Source: Alphaproteobacteria bacterium
GTDB taxonomy: Bacteria > Pseudomonadota > Alphaproteobacteria > SP197
Assembly: GCA_965228895.1 (NCBI GenBank)
Contig: OZ245842.1
Span: 1,088,001-1,152,000 of the forward strand
Length of the DNA: 64,000 bases
Direction of reading: 5' to 3'
Positions 1 through 10,600 of this stretch are shown piece by piece (position 1 is the stretch's first letter; each line of letters begins with the position of its first letter). Below the pieces are notes generated by a model that worked only from the letters and a program-made list of their open reading frames with translations, ran no database searches and had not been told where the DNA came from. Position numbers and translations under genes: made by a program.

Positions 1-376
1 CGGTGACCTCGACCTGCGGGTTGCTTTCGGCGAACCGGCCGAGGATGCGCGGCAGGAAGGTTGCGCCGTACTCCGCCAGAATACCGATGCGGACCGTCCC
101 ATCGATCGGCTGCCGATCGAAGTTGGCCCTGACACGCTCCAGATGAGCGAGGATCGGCCGGGCGTCTTCCAGGAGTTTCTCGCCGGCTTCGGACGGGCGT
201 ACCGCGCCGTCACCGCGCAGCAGAAGCGGTGTTCCCGCGATCTCCTCCAGCCGCTTCATCTGCATGCTGACGGCCGATTGCGTGCGGCCGATCTGGCGGG
301 CTGCAAGCGTGAAGCTGCCGGTATCGATGATCGCGACGAAGGTTCGCAACAGATCGCTTTCGAACTGACCAGGCAT
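1..376 (-). CDS. LysR-family transcriptional regulator (5' part, runs off window edge)
   Basis: Manual minus-strand translation from ATG at 376: MPGQFESDLLRTFVAIIDTGSFTLAARQIGRTQSAVSMQMKRLEE, a typical LysR HTH; not in ORF track. Confidence 0.9.
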   Translation of the reverse strand, partial: MPGQFESDLLRTFVAIIDTGSFTLAARQIGRTQSAVSMQMKRLEEIAGTPLLLRGDGAVRPSEAGEKLLEDARPILAHLERVRANFDRQPIDGTVRIGILAEYGATFLPRILGRFAESNPQVEVT

Positions 377-386
377 CCTGCCGACC

Positions 387-403
387 CATCAAGGCAGTTG
401 ATG
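387..403. promoter_or_regulatory. LysR recognition box
   Basis: Dyad CATCAA-N5-TTGATG containing T-N11-A between divergent LysR and TauE genes. Confidence 0.6.
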
Positions 404-493
404 ACATGATCAAAGCTATTCGTTTGGCTGATGTCCTGCAACTGGCGACAATGCCGCCACGGAAGACATCGCGGAGCGTTAGAAGGGCGAACC

Positions 494-1255
494 ATGGTGG
501 CGGATCTGCTTTCGGCAACGGGCCTTGATGCCGGCACGTTGACCTTCTGTGTCCTCGCGGTTCTCGCCGGTGCCTACCTGAAAGGCTACACCGGTTTCGG
601 CGCCTCGATGCTGTGGGTCACGAGCCTGTCGTTGGCGCTGCCGCCGCTCAGCGTCGTGCCGATGGTGCTGATGTTCGAAGTCGTGACCAGCGTGGTTCTG
701 CTGCCGCAGATCTGGAAGGACATCCGGTGGAAGTCGATCCTGACGCTTCTGATCGGTGTCTGGATCGCGACGCCGCTGGGCATCTACGGGTTATCGCACC
801 TGCCGGCCGATCCCATCAGGATCGGCCTGGCGATCGTCGTGTTCGCCGCCGCCATACTGATCCTGCGTGGCTTCGCCTTGAAGCAGGAGCCCGGCCGCGC
901 CGCGACGCTCGGCGTCGGCGCTATGGCCGGCGTGCTGAACGGCAGCATGGGGATCGTCGGCCCGCCGGTGATCCTGTTCTATTTTTCCTCACCCATCGGT
1001 GTCGTCGCCGGGCGCGCATCCATCGTCGCATTCTTCATCGGGACGGACGCGGTCGGCGCAGCTATGTTCGCCAGCCAGGGATTGGTGGGCAGCGAGGTTC
1101 TGTGGCGCACGGTGATCTTTCTGCCGGTGCTCGTCATCGGCGTGCTGGTCGGCCATCGGGGTTTCGTCAAGACCGATGTCGAGACCTTCAAGCGGGTCGC
1201 GCTGTTCGTCCTGATGGCGCTGTCGGGGGCGCTCGTGGTGCGCGCCCTGATCTAG
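494..1255 (+). CDS. Sulfite exporter TauE/SafE family membrane protein
   Basis: Multi-TM protein with KGYTGFG and GIVGPP motifs; start moved to MVADLL. Confidence 0.8.
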   Translation: MVADLLSATGLDAGTLTFCVLAVLAGAYLKGYTGFGASMLWVTSLSLALPPLSVVPMVLMFEVVTSVVLLPQIWKDIRWKSILTLLIGVWIATPLGIYGLSHLPADPIRIGLAIVVFAAAILILRGFALKQEPGRAATLGVGAMAGVLNGSMGIVGPPVILFYFSSPIGVVAGRASIVAFFIGTDAVGAAMFASQGLVGSEVLWRTVIFLPVLVIGVLVGHRGFVKTDVETFKRVALFVLMALSGALVVRALI

Positions 1256-1312
1256 GGCGTTCCCGCCTTAGTCGACATCACCAGCCCGCGTGAGCGGGGA
1301 ACAATCTAGCCC

Positions 1313-1771
1313 TTAGGCCGCTTCGCCAGGCTCCGCTGGTTTGACGATGAGCGACGTGCCTTCGACCGCCGTCACCTCGACCTGGGTGCCGGCCGGTGTA
1401 TCCGGCCCTCTGATTTTCCACGTCGTATCCGCGACGGTCAGCTTGCCGACGCCGTTGACGATGGCTGTCTCAAGCGTGAAGACACGGCCGACATACTGGG
1501 TGCCCCGGCGGTTGAGCGCGGGCTGATCGGTCGGTTGGTTGATGTTCGGTTTGAAGTGACGCCAGGCAAAGACCGAGGCGATCGACAACAAGACCCAGAT
1601 GAGAACCTGGATCTCCCAGCTCAGGCCGGGTGCCAGCACCGCGATAAGGCCGGTGACGCCGGCCGCGGCCGCCATCCACAGAAAGAAGTAGGTGCCGGCG
1701 ACCGTCAGCTCGAGAATGATCAGGACGGCGGCGATGACCCACCAGTGCCAGAAGAATAGCGCCTGAAACAT
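1313..1771 (-). CDS. NfeD-like (YbbJ) membrane protein
   Basis: N-terminal TMs (WWVIAAVLIILEL), LNRRG motif, OB-fold C-terminus; next to SPFH genes. Confidence 0.9.
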   Translation of the reverse strand: MFQALFFWHWWVIAAVLIILELTVAGTYFFLWMAAAAGVTGLIAVLAPGLSWEIQVLIWVLLSIASVFAWRHFKPNINQPTDQPALNRRGTQYVGRVFTLETAIVNGVGKLTVADTTWKIRGPDTPAGTQVEVTAVEGTSLIVKPAEPGEAA

Positions 1772-1782
1772 CGCTTAGGTCC

Positions 1783-2844
1783 TCATTCCCGTGGTCCCCA
1801 GGGGTCGCGCGTTGCGGTCGGGCGCGACGACGACGGCACGCTTGAGGTCGGCTCGCGTACCGGTGTCGTGCCGGGCCGTGGTACCTTCCGTTCGGTGACC
1901 GTCGGGCTTGTGTTGCCGCCGGCGCCTCCGGATCCGCCAAACGCCTCGCGGGCGATTTCCGCGAGCCCGCCGACGGCGCCGATGACATCCGCCGATTCGA
2001 CCGGCAGGAACAGGATCTTCTGGTTCGGCGCGTCGGCGAACTGGCCGAGCGCGTCGACATAACGCTGAGCGATGAAGTAGTTCACCGACTGGGTGTTACC
2101 GGCCTCGATGGCGGCGGAAACGTCATGGGTCGCCTTGGCTTCGGCCTTGGCCTGGCGTTCGCGCGCTTCGGCGTCGCGGAACGCGGATTCGCGCCGGCCC
2201 TCTGCCTCCAGGATAGCGGCCTGCTTTTCGCCTTCGGCACGCAGGATCTCCGACTGGCGGTCGCCTTCCGCGTCCAGGATAGTCGCGCGCTTGTCGCGTT
2301 CGGCCTTCATCTGGCGCGCCATCGAGTCGACGAGGTCGCGCGGCGGATCGATGTTCTTGATCTCGATGCGGGTCACCTTGACGCCCCAAGTCGACGTCGC
2401 CTCGTCGACCACACCCAAAATGGCGCTGTTGATGCGATCGCGCTGGGAGAGCAGTTCGTCGAGGACCATCGACCCCATGACCGTACGAATATTGGTCATG
2501 GTGAGGTTCAAGATCGCATGCTCCAGCCGGTTGACCTCATAGGCGGCTTTGGCCGCTTCGAGCACCTGAAAGAACACCACGCCGTCGACCGCGACCATGG
2601 CGTTGTCTTTGGTGATGATCTGCTGCTCGGGCACTTCCAGCACCGTCTCCATCATGTTCATGCGCGAACCGATCCGTTCGACGAACGGTGTGATGATGTG
2701 GAGGCCCGGGCGCAGCGTCTTGGTGTAGCGGCCGAAATACTCGACCGTGTATTCGCTGCCCTGGGGCACGGTCTTGACCGCCATGACGACCAGAATGATG
2801 ACCAGGATAACGAGGACGAGGGCAAAGATGGCAATGCCTTCCAT
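1783..2844 (-). CDS. SPFH/band-7 protein (QmcA/YbbK-like), copy 2 with Pro/Thr-rich tail
   Basis: ITKDNAMVAVD, WGVKVTRIEIK, QMKAERDKRA motifs. Confidence 0.93.
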   Translation of the reverse strand: MEGIAIFALVLVILVIILVVMAVKTVPQGSEYTVEYFGRYTKTLRPGLHIITPFVERIGSRMNMMETVLEVPEQQIITKDNAMVAVDGVVFFQVLEAAKAAYEVNRLEHAILNLTMTNIRTVMGSMVLDELLSQRDRINSAILGVVDEATSTWGVKVTRIEIKNIDPPRDLVDSMARQMKAERDKRATILDAEGDRQSEILRAEGEKQAAILEAEGRRESAFRDAEARERQAKAEAKATHDVSAAIEAGNTQSVNYFIAQRYVDALGQFADAPNQKILFLPVESADVIGAVGGLAEIAREAFGGSGGAGGNTSPTVTERKVPRPGTTPVREPTSSVPSSSRPTATRDPWGPRE

Positions 2845-2847
2845 GGC

Positions 2848-3777
2848 TCAGCCCTCCCTCGGGTCGTGATCGGCGGCCGCCTCGGCGAGCCGGGCGATGC
2901 CGTCAATCGATTCGATGACGTTGGAGGCCTCCATGGGCAGGAACAGGACCTTCTCGCTGGGCGAATGGGCGAAGCGGGCGACCGCGTCGACATACTTCTG
3001 GGCGACGAAGTAGTTGACGGCCTGCAGGTTGCCTTCGGCGATAGCCTGGGACACATCGTGGGTCGCCTGGGCTTCTGCCTCGCCCAGACGTTCGCGCGCT
3101 TCGGCGTCGCGGTATGCGGCTTCGCGCCGGCCTTCGGCTTCCAGGATCGCCGCCTGCTTCTCGCCTTCCGAACGCAGGATCTGGGCTTGGCGCACGCCCT
3201 CGGCGTCCAGGATGGTGGCGCGTTTATCGCGTTCGGCTTTCATCTGGCGCGCCATCGAGGCGACCAGATCGGTCGGCGGCTGGATCTTCTTGATCTCGAT
3301 GCGCGTCACCTTGACGCCCCAAGTCGACGTCGCCTCGTCAACAACAATCAGCAGCTTGGCGTTGATCCGATCGCGGTGGGAGAGCAGCTCATCCAGATCC
3401 ATCGAACCCATGACCGTTCGGATGTTGGTCATGGTGAGGTTCAGGATCGCCATCTCAAGATTGGTCACCTCATAGGCCGCTTTCGCCGCCTCCAGGACCT
3501 GAAAGAAGATGACACCGTCGACCGCGACCATGGCGTTGTCGCGTGTGATGATCTCCTGCTCGGGAACGTCGAGCACGGTTTCCATCATGTTGACCTTCTG
3601 ACCGATGCGATCCATCACCGGAACGATGATGGAAAGCCCGGGCCGCAGCGTGCGCGTGTAACGGCCGAACCGGGTCAGCGTGTATTCGAAACCCTGACGC
3701 ACGGTGACCACCGACATGGCCACCAAGATCAACATCAGGACAACCAGGACCACAATGAAGATGGCCAAGCCGCTCAT
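2848..3777 (-). CDS. SPFH/band-7 protein (QmcA/YbbK-like), copy 1
   Basis: Same SPFH motifs; tandem paralog. Confidence 0.93.
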   Translation of the reverse strand: MSGLAIFIVVLVVLMLILVAMSVVTVRQGFEYTLTRFGRYTRTLRPGLSIIVPVMDRIGQKVNMMETVLDVPEQEIITRDNAMVAVDGVIFFQVLEAAKAAYEVTNLEMAILNLTMTNIRTVMGSMDLDELLSHRDRINAKLLIVVDEATSTWGVKVTRIEIKKIQPPTDLVASMARQMKAERDKRATILDAEGVRQAQILRSEGEKQAAILEAEGRREAAYRDAEARERLGEAEAQATHDVSQAIAEGNLQAVNYFVAQKYVDAVARFAHSPSEKVLFLPMEASNVIESIDGIARLAEAAADHDPREG

Positions 3778-3813
3778 TTACGCCCCCTAGGCGGATAATC
3801 CCCCGCGATCCCC

Positions 3814-4974
3814 TTACTCGCGGTCATAGTTTCCCACGAGCCGGGGGCCGACGACAATGTTGTCCTCATCGTCGGATTCCAGCTCCAATTCCGCGATACG
3901 GCCGACCTTGGTGGTGATCTTGTCGGTCGATGTGCGGACCTCGCGCACGGTGTTGTAGGCGGTTTCGAAGTTGCGTTGCAGCTTGTCCACACGATCGCCC
4001 AGGCGGTTGACGTCCTGCAGCATCTTCATCAACTCCTGCTGGATCAGGCCCGCCTGTTCGCGCATGCGCGCATCCTTCAGCACCGAGCGGATGGTGTTGA
4101 GCAGCGCCATCAGCGTTGTCGGCGACGCCAAGAAGACGCGCAGGCGGAAGGATTCGGTGACGACATCGCCGAAGCTCGCGTGGATCTCCGCATAGACGGC
4201 TTCGCTGGGGATAAACATGATCGCCTGATCGGCGGTCTCGCCGACCACGATGTAACGTGCGGCGATGTCCTTGACGTGCTTCAGGACATCCTGACGGAAC
4301 TGGCGTGCCGCACGCTCGCGGTCTTCGCGGTTCTCCGCGGCCCTGAGGCGCTGGTAGCCGTCCAGCGGGAACTTGGAATCGACGCCGATCGAACCCGGCG
4401 GGTTGGGCAGCATGAGCAGACAATCGACTTGACGGCCGTTGCCCAGCGGCGCCTGAAACGCGTAGTCGTCGGGCGCCATAATGTCGCTGACGATATCGTT
4501 GAGCTGAATTTCGCCGTAGGCGCCGCGGCTTTGTTTGTTGGAGAGGATCTGGTTCAGCGTCGCCATGTCGTTGCCCAGATGCTCCATGCGTTTCTGGGCC
4601 TCGTCGATGACCGCCAGGCGCTTCTCCACCTTGCCCATGGTCTCGAGCGTCTGCTTGGTCGATTCCTGGAGCGAGTTGCCCATGCGTTGCTGGATCGAAT
4701 CGAGCCGGTTGTTCAGCTCCTTGGTCAGCCGTAACTCCTGTTGGTGCAGGCGCTCACCGAGCGCCGTCTGCGCCGCCGTATTGGCCTCCGAGAGCTGGGC
4801 CAGACGCTCGGTCAGTCCGGCTTGCCCGGCGGAAACCGTGGCGATGGTTTCGGCCAGGTCCCGGGCGGTCGCGCCGTCATCGGAACGGCCGCGTGTGGCC
4901 ATAATGACCACCCACGGGATAGCGGCGCCGACCGCGATCGCGGCGGCGATAATGACGAGGGTGAGTGTATCCAT
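3814..4974 (-). CDS. rmuC: DNA recombination protein RmuC
   Basis: N-terminal TM, coiled coil, RGAYGEIQL, VDSKFP, MFIPSEAVY, SPTTLMALL motifs. Confidence 0.93.
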   Translation of the reverse strand: MDTLTLVIIAAAIAVGAAIPWVVIMATRGRSDDGATARDLAETIATVSAGQAGLTERLAQLSEANTAAQTALGERLHQQELRLTKELNNRLDSIQQRMGNSLQESTKQTLETMGKVEKRLAVIDEAQKRMEHLGNDMATLNQILSNKQSRGAYGEIQLNDIVSDIMAPDDYAFQAPLGNGRQVDCLLMLPNPPGSIGVDSKFPLDGYQRLRAAENREDRERAARQFRQDVLKHVKDIAARYIVVGETADQAIMFIPSEAVYAEIHASFGDVVTESFRLRVFLASPTTLMALLNTIRSVLKDARMREQAGLIQQELMKMLQDVNRLGDRVDKLQRNFETAYNTVREVRTSTDKITTKVGRIAELELESDDEDNIVVGPRLVGNYDRE

Positions 4975-5107
4975 GAACCTCCTGCGCGCCGGTGGCTTGA
5001 ACCAGGGCCGTGCTTGGCCTACCTAGACACCGGTGGCCGGCAGTATAGTCCGCCGACCGCGAAGGTGCGATAAATCAACACGATACATCAACAGGTTGAC
5101 GCGTTTC

Positions 5108-5632
5108 ATGGCCCTCTTGCCCATCATCGTAGCGCCGGATCCCCGGCTCAAGGTTATCTCCAGTTCCGTCGAGACCGTCGACGACGGCATACGCACACTG
5201 ATGGAGGACATGCTGGAGACCATGTACGACGAACCGGGTATCGGGCTCTCGGCGATCCAAGTCGGCGTGCCCAAGCGTATCGTCGTGGTCGATGTGGCCA
5301 AACAGGACGAGCCGCCGGCGCCGCTGCGCCTGGTCAATCCCGAGATCATCTGGCACTCCGACGAGCGCGCGGTCTATGAGGAGGGCTGTCTCTCCTTGCC
5401 CGACCATTACGCCGAGGTGACCCGGCCGGCTTCGATCAAGCTGCGCTATCTCGACGAGACCGGTGCGGAGCAGGAGATTGACGCCGACGAGATTTTGTCA
5501 CGTTGCATCCAGCACGAGATCGACCATCTGGACGGCATCCTGTTTGTCGACCACCTGACGGCGGTCAAACGAAGCATCATCTTGCGCAAGCTGACCAAGC
5601 TGAAGAAATCTAAGCTCAGGGAGTCGGCCTGA
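5108..5632 (+). CDS. def: Peptide deformylase
   Basis: GIGLSAIQ, EGCLS, QHEIDHLDG motifs. Confidence 0.97.
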   Translation: MALLPIIVAPDPRLKVISSSVETVDDGIRTLMEDMLETMYDEPGIGLSAIQVGVPKRIVVVDVAKQDEPPAPLRLVNPEIIWHSDERAVYEEGCLSLPDHYAEVTRPASIKLRYLDETGAEQEIDADEILSRCIQHEIDHLDGILFVDHLTAVKRSIILRKLTKLKKSKLRESA

Positions 5633-5648
5633 CGGCCGAACCGCAATT

Positions 5649-6572
5649 ATGTCTGGCCTGAAGCTGGCGTTTCTCGGTACCGCGGATTTTGCGGTGCCGG
5701 CGTTGAAGGCGCTGGCCGAGACGGATCATGAGATCGTCACCGTTCTTACCCAGCCGCCCAGACCCGCTGGGCGCGGGCGCAAGGAACGGCCGACACCAGT
5801 CCATACGTGTGCCGAGGAACTGGGTCTGACGGTGTCCACGCCAACCAGCCTGCGCGATGCGGGCGAGCAGGCCACGTTCGCCGCACTTGGTATGGATGCC
5901 GCCATCGTCGTGGCCTATGGCCTTATTCTGCCGGCGCCGATCCTCGAGGCGCCGCGTCTGGGGTGCCTGAACATCCATCCGTCGCTGCTGCCGCGCTGGC
6001 GCGGCGCTGCGCCGGTCGCGCGCGCCATCTTGGCCGGCGATCAGGAGACCGGCGTCAGCATCATCCAGATGGACGAGGGCCTCGATACCGGCCCCATCCT
6101 GACCCAGCAGCGTGTCGCCATGCCGCCCCGCGCGACGACGGGTGGGTTCGAGGCCGACTTGGCGGCACTGGGTGCCCAAATGCTGATCGAGACCTTGGAC
6201 GGTCTCGCAGCAGGCAGTATCGGCGCGGTGCCGCAGGGCGAGGACGGCGCGACCTATGCCCACAAGTTCGCCAAACAGGACGGGCATATCGACTGGGCCC
6301 GGCCGGCCGAGGAGATCGATCGCCAAGTGCGTGCCTTTTCGCCCTGGCCCAGCGCTTGGTTCGACCTGGACGACGGCACGGTGCGGGTACACGCAGCAGA
6401 CCCCGTCGACCGGTCGGGCGAACCGGGCACGCTTCTGGAGAACGGTTTTACCGTCGCCTGCGGCGAGGGCGCGCTGTCGCTGACGAGGGTGCAGCGCGCC
6501 GGCAAGGCCGCGATGGACGGTGCGGATTTCCTGCGCGGCGCCAGGCTGGCGCCGGGAACGGTCCTCGGCTGA
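5649..6572 (+). CDS. fmt: Methionyl-tRNA formyltransferase
   Basis: [24 protein letters not shown]; follows def. Confidence 0.97.
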   Translation: MSGLKLAFLGTADFAVPALKALAETDHEIVTVLTQPPRPAGRGRKERPTPVHTCAEELGLTVSTPTSLRDAGEQATFAALGMDAAIVVAYGLILPAPILEAPRLGCLNIHPSLLPRWRGAAPVARAILAGDQETGVSIIQMDEGLDTGPILTQQRVAMPPRATTGGFEADLAALGAQMLIETLDGLAAGSIGAVPQGEDGATYAHKFAKQDGHIDWARPAEEIDRQVRAFSPWPSAWFDLDDGTVRVHAADPVDRSGEPGTLLENGFTVACGEGALSLTRVQRAGKAAMDGADFLRGARLAPGTVLG

Positions 6573-6576
6573 ACCG

Positions 6577-7332
6577 ATGCCGCGTTACAAACTGACCCTT
6601 GAATATGACGGCACCGGTTATGTCGGCTGGCAGCGCCAAACGAACGGCCCGTCCATTCAGGCCGCGCTGGAGGACGCCGTGGCGGCGTTTTGCGGCGATG
6701 ACGTCAGGACGACCGCCGCGGGCCGCACCGATGCCGGCGTTCACGCGCTCGGCCAGGTCGCCCATGTCGATTTGACCAAGGACTGGCCGGCGGAGACAGT
6801 GCAGGGCGCGCTGAACCAGCATCTGAGACCCCAGCCAATCGCCGTGCTGGCGGCCGAACAAGTGAGCACCGATTTCAATGCGCGGTTTTCCGCGGTCGAG
6901 CGGCGTTATCTCTACCGCATCATCTGCCGCCGCGCGCCGCTGGCGTTGGATCGTGGCCACGCCTGGCCAATCGGCCGGGACTTGGACGCTGAGGCCATGC
7001 ACGAGGCAGCGCAGGTCTTGGTCGGGCGTCACGACTTCTCGACCTTTCGCGACGCTCAGTGCCAGGCGGCATCACCGGTCAAGACGTTGGATGCGATTGC
7101 GGTCACGCGCGATGGTGAACGCATCGAGATACGCACACGCGCGCGCTCGTTCCTGCACCGTCAGGTGCGCAGCATGGTTGGATCGCTCAGTCATGTCGGC
7201 GAGGGCAAGTGGGGCCGCGACGATCTGCAAGACGCGCTGGAGGCATGCGAGCGAAGCGCCTGCGGCGTGATCGCGCCGGCCGGTGGCCTTTACCTTGCGG
7301 CGGTCGGCTATGCCGCGCTGAACAGCAGGTAG
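6577..7332 (+). CDS. truA: tRNA pseudouridine(38-40) synthase
   Basis: [34 protein letters not shown]. Confidence 0.96.
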   Translation: MPRYKLTLEYDGTGYVGWQRQTNGPSIQAALEDAVAAFCGDDVRTTAAGRTDAGVHALGQVAHVDLTKDWPAETVQGALNQHLRPQPIAVLAAEQVSTDFNARFSAVERRYLYRIICRRAPLALDRGHAWPIGRDLDAEAMHEAAQVLVGRHDFSTFRDAQCQAASPVKTLDAIAVTRDGERIEIRTRARSFLHRQVRSMVGSLSHVGEGKWGRDDLQDALEACERSACGVIAPAGGLYLAAVGYAALNSR

Positions 7333-7877
7333 GCGATAAAGATGTCGATGACGGTGCCGATAATGACCAGGGCGGCAGCAAGCGACACCGTCGTCTCCAG
7401 CGCGACACGCGCGACCAGCCAGCCGTACCAGAGTGTCACCAGAAACAGGATGAATTCGATGAAGCCGCTGATCTGTTCGCCGACAATGCCGATGCGGACC
7501 AGAACTTCGAAGACCAGGTAGACCAGCGCGACCAGTCCGCCGGCCCAGTTGCGCGCGACGATATAGGGGACATAGGTGCTGCTGTAGCCCATGGGCCGCA
7601 CGATGAGTGCCGCGACAACCGGAAAGACAACCCAGCTGGCCACATAGGCAAGGCCGCCAACGACGACGACCACGAGCAGATTGGGCGGCGCCTCCAACGT
7701 GGCGACGTGATAACCGAAACCCAGGATGAAGGTGGGCAGGGCGATGACGGCGGCGAAGAACGAGCGCCAGAAACCGTCCATGCTGGTGTCGAACCAGCCC
7801 ATGGCGTCGGCATCCATGCGGAACAGGCGCCAGGCACCGAAGAGCGACGAGGAAATCTCGGCGCGATCGGGGATCAC
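7308..7877 (-). CDS. Hypothetical multi-pass membrane protein
   Basis: About 5 TMs, GFWRSF motif; 4-bp overlap with dapE. Confidence 0.75.
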   Translation of the reverse strand: MIPDRAEISSSLFGAWRLFRMDADAMGWFDTSMDGFWRSFFAAVIALPTFILGFGYHVATLEAPPNLLVVVVVGGLAYVASWVVFPVVAALIVRPMGYSSTYVPYIVARNWAGGLVALVYLVFEVLVRIGIVGEQISGFIEFILFLVTLWYGWLVARVALETTVSLAAALVIIGTVIDIFIAYLLFSAA

Positions 7878-9019
7878 GGGTTGAAGTACCGTTTGAGCAC
7901 GGCGAGGTAGACGTCGGTCAGCCGCACGAGGTCGTCGACAGCGACTCTCTCGTCGACTTTGTGCATGGTCTGGCCAACCAAGCCGAACTCAGCGACCGGG
8001 CAGTAGTCCTTGATGAAACGCGCGTCCGAGGTGCCGCCGGTGGTGCTGTACTCCGGCCGCTCGCCCAACACGGCTTCGGCGGCATCGGCGATCACCACCG
8101 CGAATTCGTCCGGTTGGCGCAGGAATGACTCCCCGGACACGCTGATGTCCAGGTCGACGTCGCCGCCGGCTTCCTGGCACAGATCCTCAAGCCACGCGGT
8201 CAGCGAAGCCCCGGTATGGCGGTCGTTAAACCGGATGTTGAGACCGGCCGAAGCCTTGGCGGGAATGACGTTCGTCGCGGCGTTGCCGACATCGACCGTG
8301 GTGACGGCCAGAGTCGAGGGCTGGAAGTGTTCGCTGCCGCCATCCAACTCGGTCTTGATGACCGCATCGAGCAGGCTGACGAGACGATTGATCGGGTTGT
8401 CTGCCAAGTGCGGGTAGGCGGCGTGCCCTTGGGTGCCGTTGACGGTAATACGTGCGTTGAGAGAGCCGCGCCGGCCGACCTTGATCATTTCGCCCAGACG
8501 CGTCGGGTTGGTCGGTTCGCCGACCAGACAGGCATCGATGCGTTCGCCGCGCTCGGCAAGCCATTCGAGCACCTTGCGGGTGCCGTTGACGGCTGGGCCT
8601 TCCTCATCGCCGGTAATCAAAAGACTGATACTGACATCGTTGTCGGCTTCGGCCAGGAAACGCTCGGTCGCGGCGACAAAACAGGCGATGGCACCTTTCA
8701 TGTCGCAAGCGCCGCGCCCGACCAGATTGCCGTCTTTGAGCGCGGCATCGAACGGATCGACGGACCAGTCGGCCGCATCGCCGGGGGGCACGACATCGGT
8801 GTGGCCGGCGAAACAGAAGTTCCGGCCGGTGTCGCCGCGCCGGGCATAGAGGTTCTCGACCGGGTCGGTTCCGGGCTCCTCGAACGTCAGGCGGTGACAG
8901 GTGAAGCCAAGCCCTTCGAGCGCCCGCTGCAGCACATCCAGCGCGCCGGCATCGGCCGGCGTCACGCTGGGCCGGCGTATCATATCGGCCGCCAGGGCTA
9001 TGGCGTCGATGGCTGCCAT
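7874..9019 (-). CDS. dapE: Succinyl-diaminopimelate desuccinylase
   Basis: [29 protein letters not shown]. Confidence 0.96.
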   Translation of the reverse strand: MAAIDAIALAADMIRRPSVTPADAGALDVLQRALEGLGFTCHRLTFEEPGTDPVENLYARRGDTGRNFCFAGHTDVVPPGDAADWSVDPFDAALKDGNLVGRGACDMKGAIACFVAATERFLAEADNDVSISLLITGDEEGPAVNGTRKVLEWLAERGERIDACLVGEPTNPTRLGEMIKVGRRGSLNARITVNGTQGHAAYPHLADNPINRLVSLLDAVIKTELDGGSEHFQPSTLAVTTVDVGNAATNVIPAKASAGLNIRFNDRHTGASLTAWLEDLCQEAGGDVDLDISVSGESFLRQPDEFAVVIADAAEAVLGERPEYSTTGGTSDARFIKDYCPVAEFGLVGQTMHKVDERVAVDDLVRLTDVYLAVLKRYFNP

Positions 9020-9850
9020 TTAGCTGCGCAACAGCTCGTTGATCGAGGTCTTCGAGCGAGTCTTCTCGTCGACGCGTTTGATGATGACGGCGCAATAGAG
9101 CGACGGCGCGCCCGGGTCCTTGGCCGGCAGGGTGCCGGGCACGACGACGGAGTAGGCGGGGACGCGGCCCATGAAAATCTCACCGGACGTGCGGTCGACG
9201 ATCTTGGTCGAGGCACCGATGAAGACACCCATCGACAGCACCGATCCGGTTTCGACGATGACGCCCTCGACGACTTCGCTGCGCGCGCCGACGAAACAAT
9301 TGTCTTCGATGATCACCGGGGCAGCTTGCAGGGGTTCCAGAACGCCACCGAGGCCGGCGCCGCCGGAGATGTGACAGTCCTTGCCGACCTGGGCACAGCT
9401 TCCGACCGTCGCCCAGGTATCGACCATGGTGCCGGTGTCCACATAAGCGCCGACATTGACGAAACATGGCATCAGGACGACATCCGGCGCGATAAAGGCG
9501 GAATGACGCACGATGGCGTGGGGCACGGCGCGGAAGCCGGCGTTGTTGAAGCGGTTGGCGTCCCAGTCCTCGAACTTGTTGTCGACCTTGTCCCACCAAC
9601 TGGCGTTATAGCCTGGCGCGCCGGGAATGATTTTGTTGGGCGTCAAGCGAAACGACAGCAGGACCGCCTTTTTCAGCCACTCGTTGACGGTCCAGCCGTC
9701 GTCGCCCGGTTCGGCGACGCGGCGTTGGCCGCTATCGAGAAGCTTGAGGCTGTCCAAGATGGCATCACGGGTGTCGCCCTTGGTGCTGGGACTGACATTT
9801 GCCCGGTCTTCCCAGGCGTCGTCGATGGCCTTGATGAGGTCGTCAGACAA
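9020..9850 (-). CDS. dapD: Tetrahydrodipicolinate N-succinyltransferase
   Basis: [22 protein letters not shown] hexapeptide region, KTSINELLR; TTG start. Confidence 0.97.
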   Translation of the reverse strand: MSDDLIKAIDDAWEDRANVSPSTKGDTRDAILDSLKLLDSGQRRVAEPGDDGWTVNEWLKKAVLLSFRLTPNKIIPGAPGYNASWWDKVDNKFEDWDANRFNNAGFRAVPHAIVRHSAFIAPDVVLMPCFVNVGAYVDTGTMVDTWATVGSCAQVGKDCHISGGAGLGGVLEPLQAAPVIIEDNCFVGARSEVVEGVIVETGSVLSMGVFIGASTKIVDRTSGEIFMGRVPAYSVVVPGTLPAKDPGAPSLYCAVIIKRVDEKTRSKTSINELLRS

Positions 9851-9907
9851 GCTTCCGTCTCCTTATGTCGCAAGGGCGGTCCCGAGATACCTGAGCGGTG
9901 GGCGTTG

Positions 9908-10600
9908 TCAACCGCGCGACAGCGCCGCCGCGAGATCGACCAGCCACGGCGTCAGGTCGTCGGTGATGTGGTCGATGTGACCGTCATCATGACCGTCGCT
10001 CGCCCAGGTGCTGTCGCCGCGCACCCAAACCGTGGTCATGCCAAGCGCCTTGGCGGGAACCAGGTTGCGCGCGATGTCTTCGAACATGGCCGCCGACCGT
10101 GGTGCAATGCCATGGCGGCCAACCATGCTCTCGTACACCACATGCTCGGGCTTGGGGATGTAGTCGGAGGCAACGATGTCGAAGATACCTTCGAAATGAT
10201 GGGCGATGCCAAGTCGTTCGGTGACCCGTTCGGCATGTGGCACGTCACCGTTGGTGAAGATCAGCTTGCGCCCAGGCAGCTCATCAAGTGCGCCGTCGAG
10301 CTGCGGATCCTGCGGGATGATCGCGTAGTCGATGTCATGCACATAGGCCAGATAGTCCTCGGCGTCGCAGTCGTGCAGTGCGACAAGACCGTTCAGGGTC
10401 GTGCCATGGCTTTGGAAGTAGGCCTTTTGCAGACGCCGCGCCTCGTCATGGGGAATTGCCAGCAGGCGCGCGACGTAATTGGTGATGCGCACGTCGACCT
10501 GGTCGAACAAGCCATGACGCGCGTGGTAGAGCGTGTTGTCCAGGTCGAAGACCCAGGTGTCGACATGGTCGAAATCGTCGTCGACGGGAGCGCTCGTCAT
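9908..10600 (-). CDS. Pyrimidine 5'-nucleotidase (HAD family)
   Basis: WVFDLDNTLY, FTNG, MFEDIARNL. Confidence 0.9.
   Translation of the reverse strand: MTSAPVDDDFDHVDTWVFDLDNTLYHARHGLFDQVDVRITNYVARLLAIPHDEARRLQKAYFQSHGTTLNGLVALHDCDAEDYLAYVHDIDYAIIPQDPQLDGALDELPGRKLIFTNGDVPHAERVTERLGIAHHFEGIFDIVASDYIPKPEHVVYESMVGRHGIAPRSAAMFEDIARNLVPAKALGMTTVWVRGDSTWASDGHDDGHIDHITDDLTPWLVDLAAALSRG

Noticed and set aside
2125-3798. 557-aa plus-strand ORF with internal duplication
   Set aside because: Antisense shadow of the two SPFH genes
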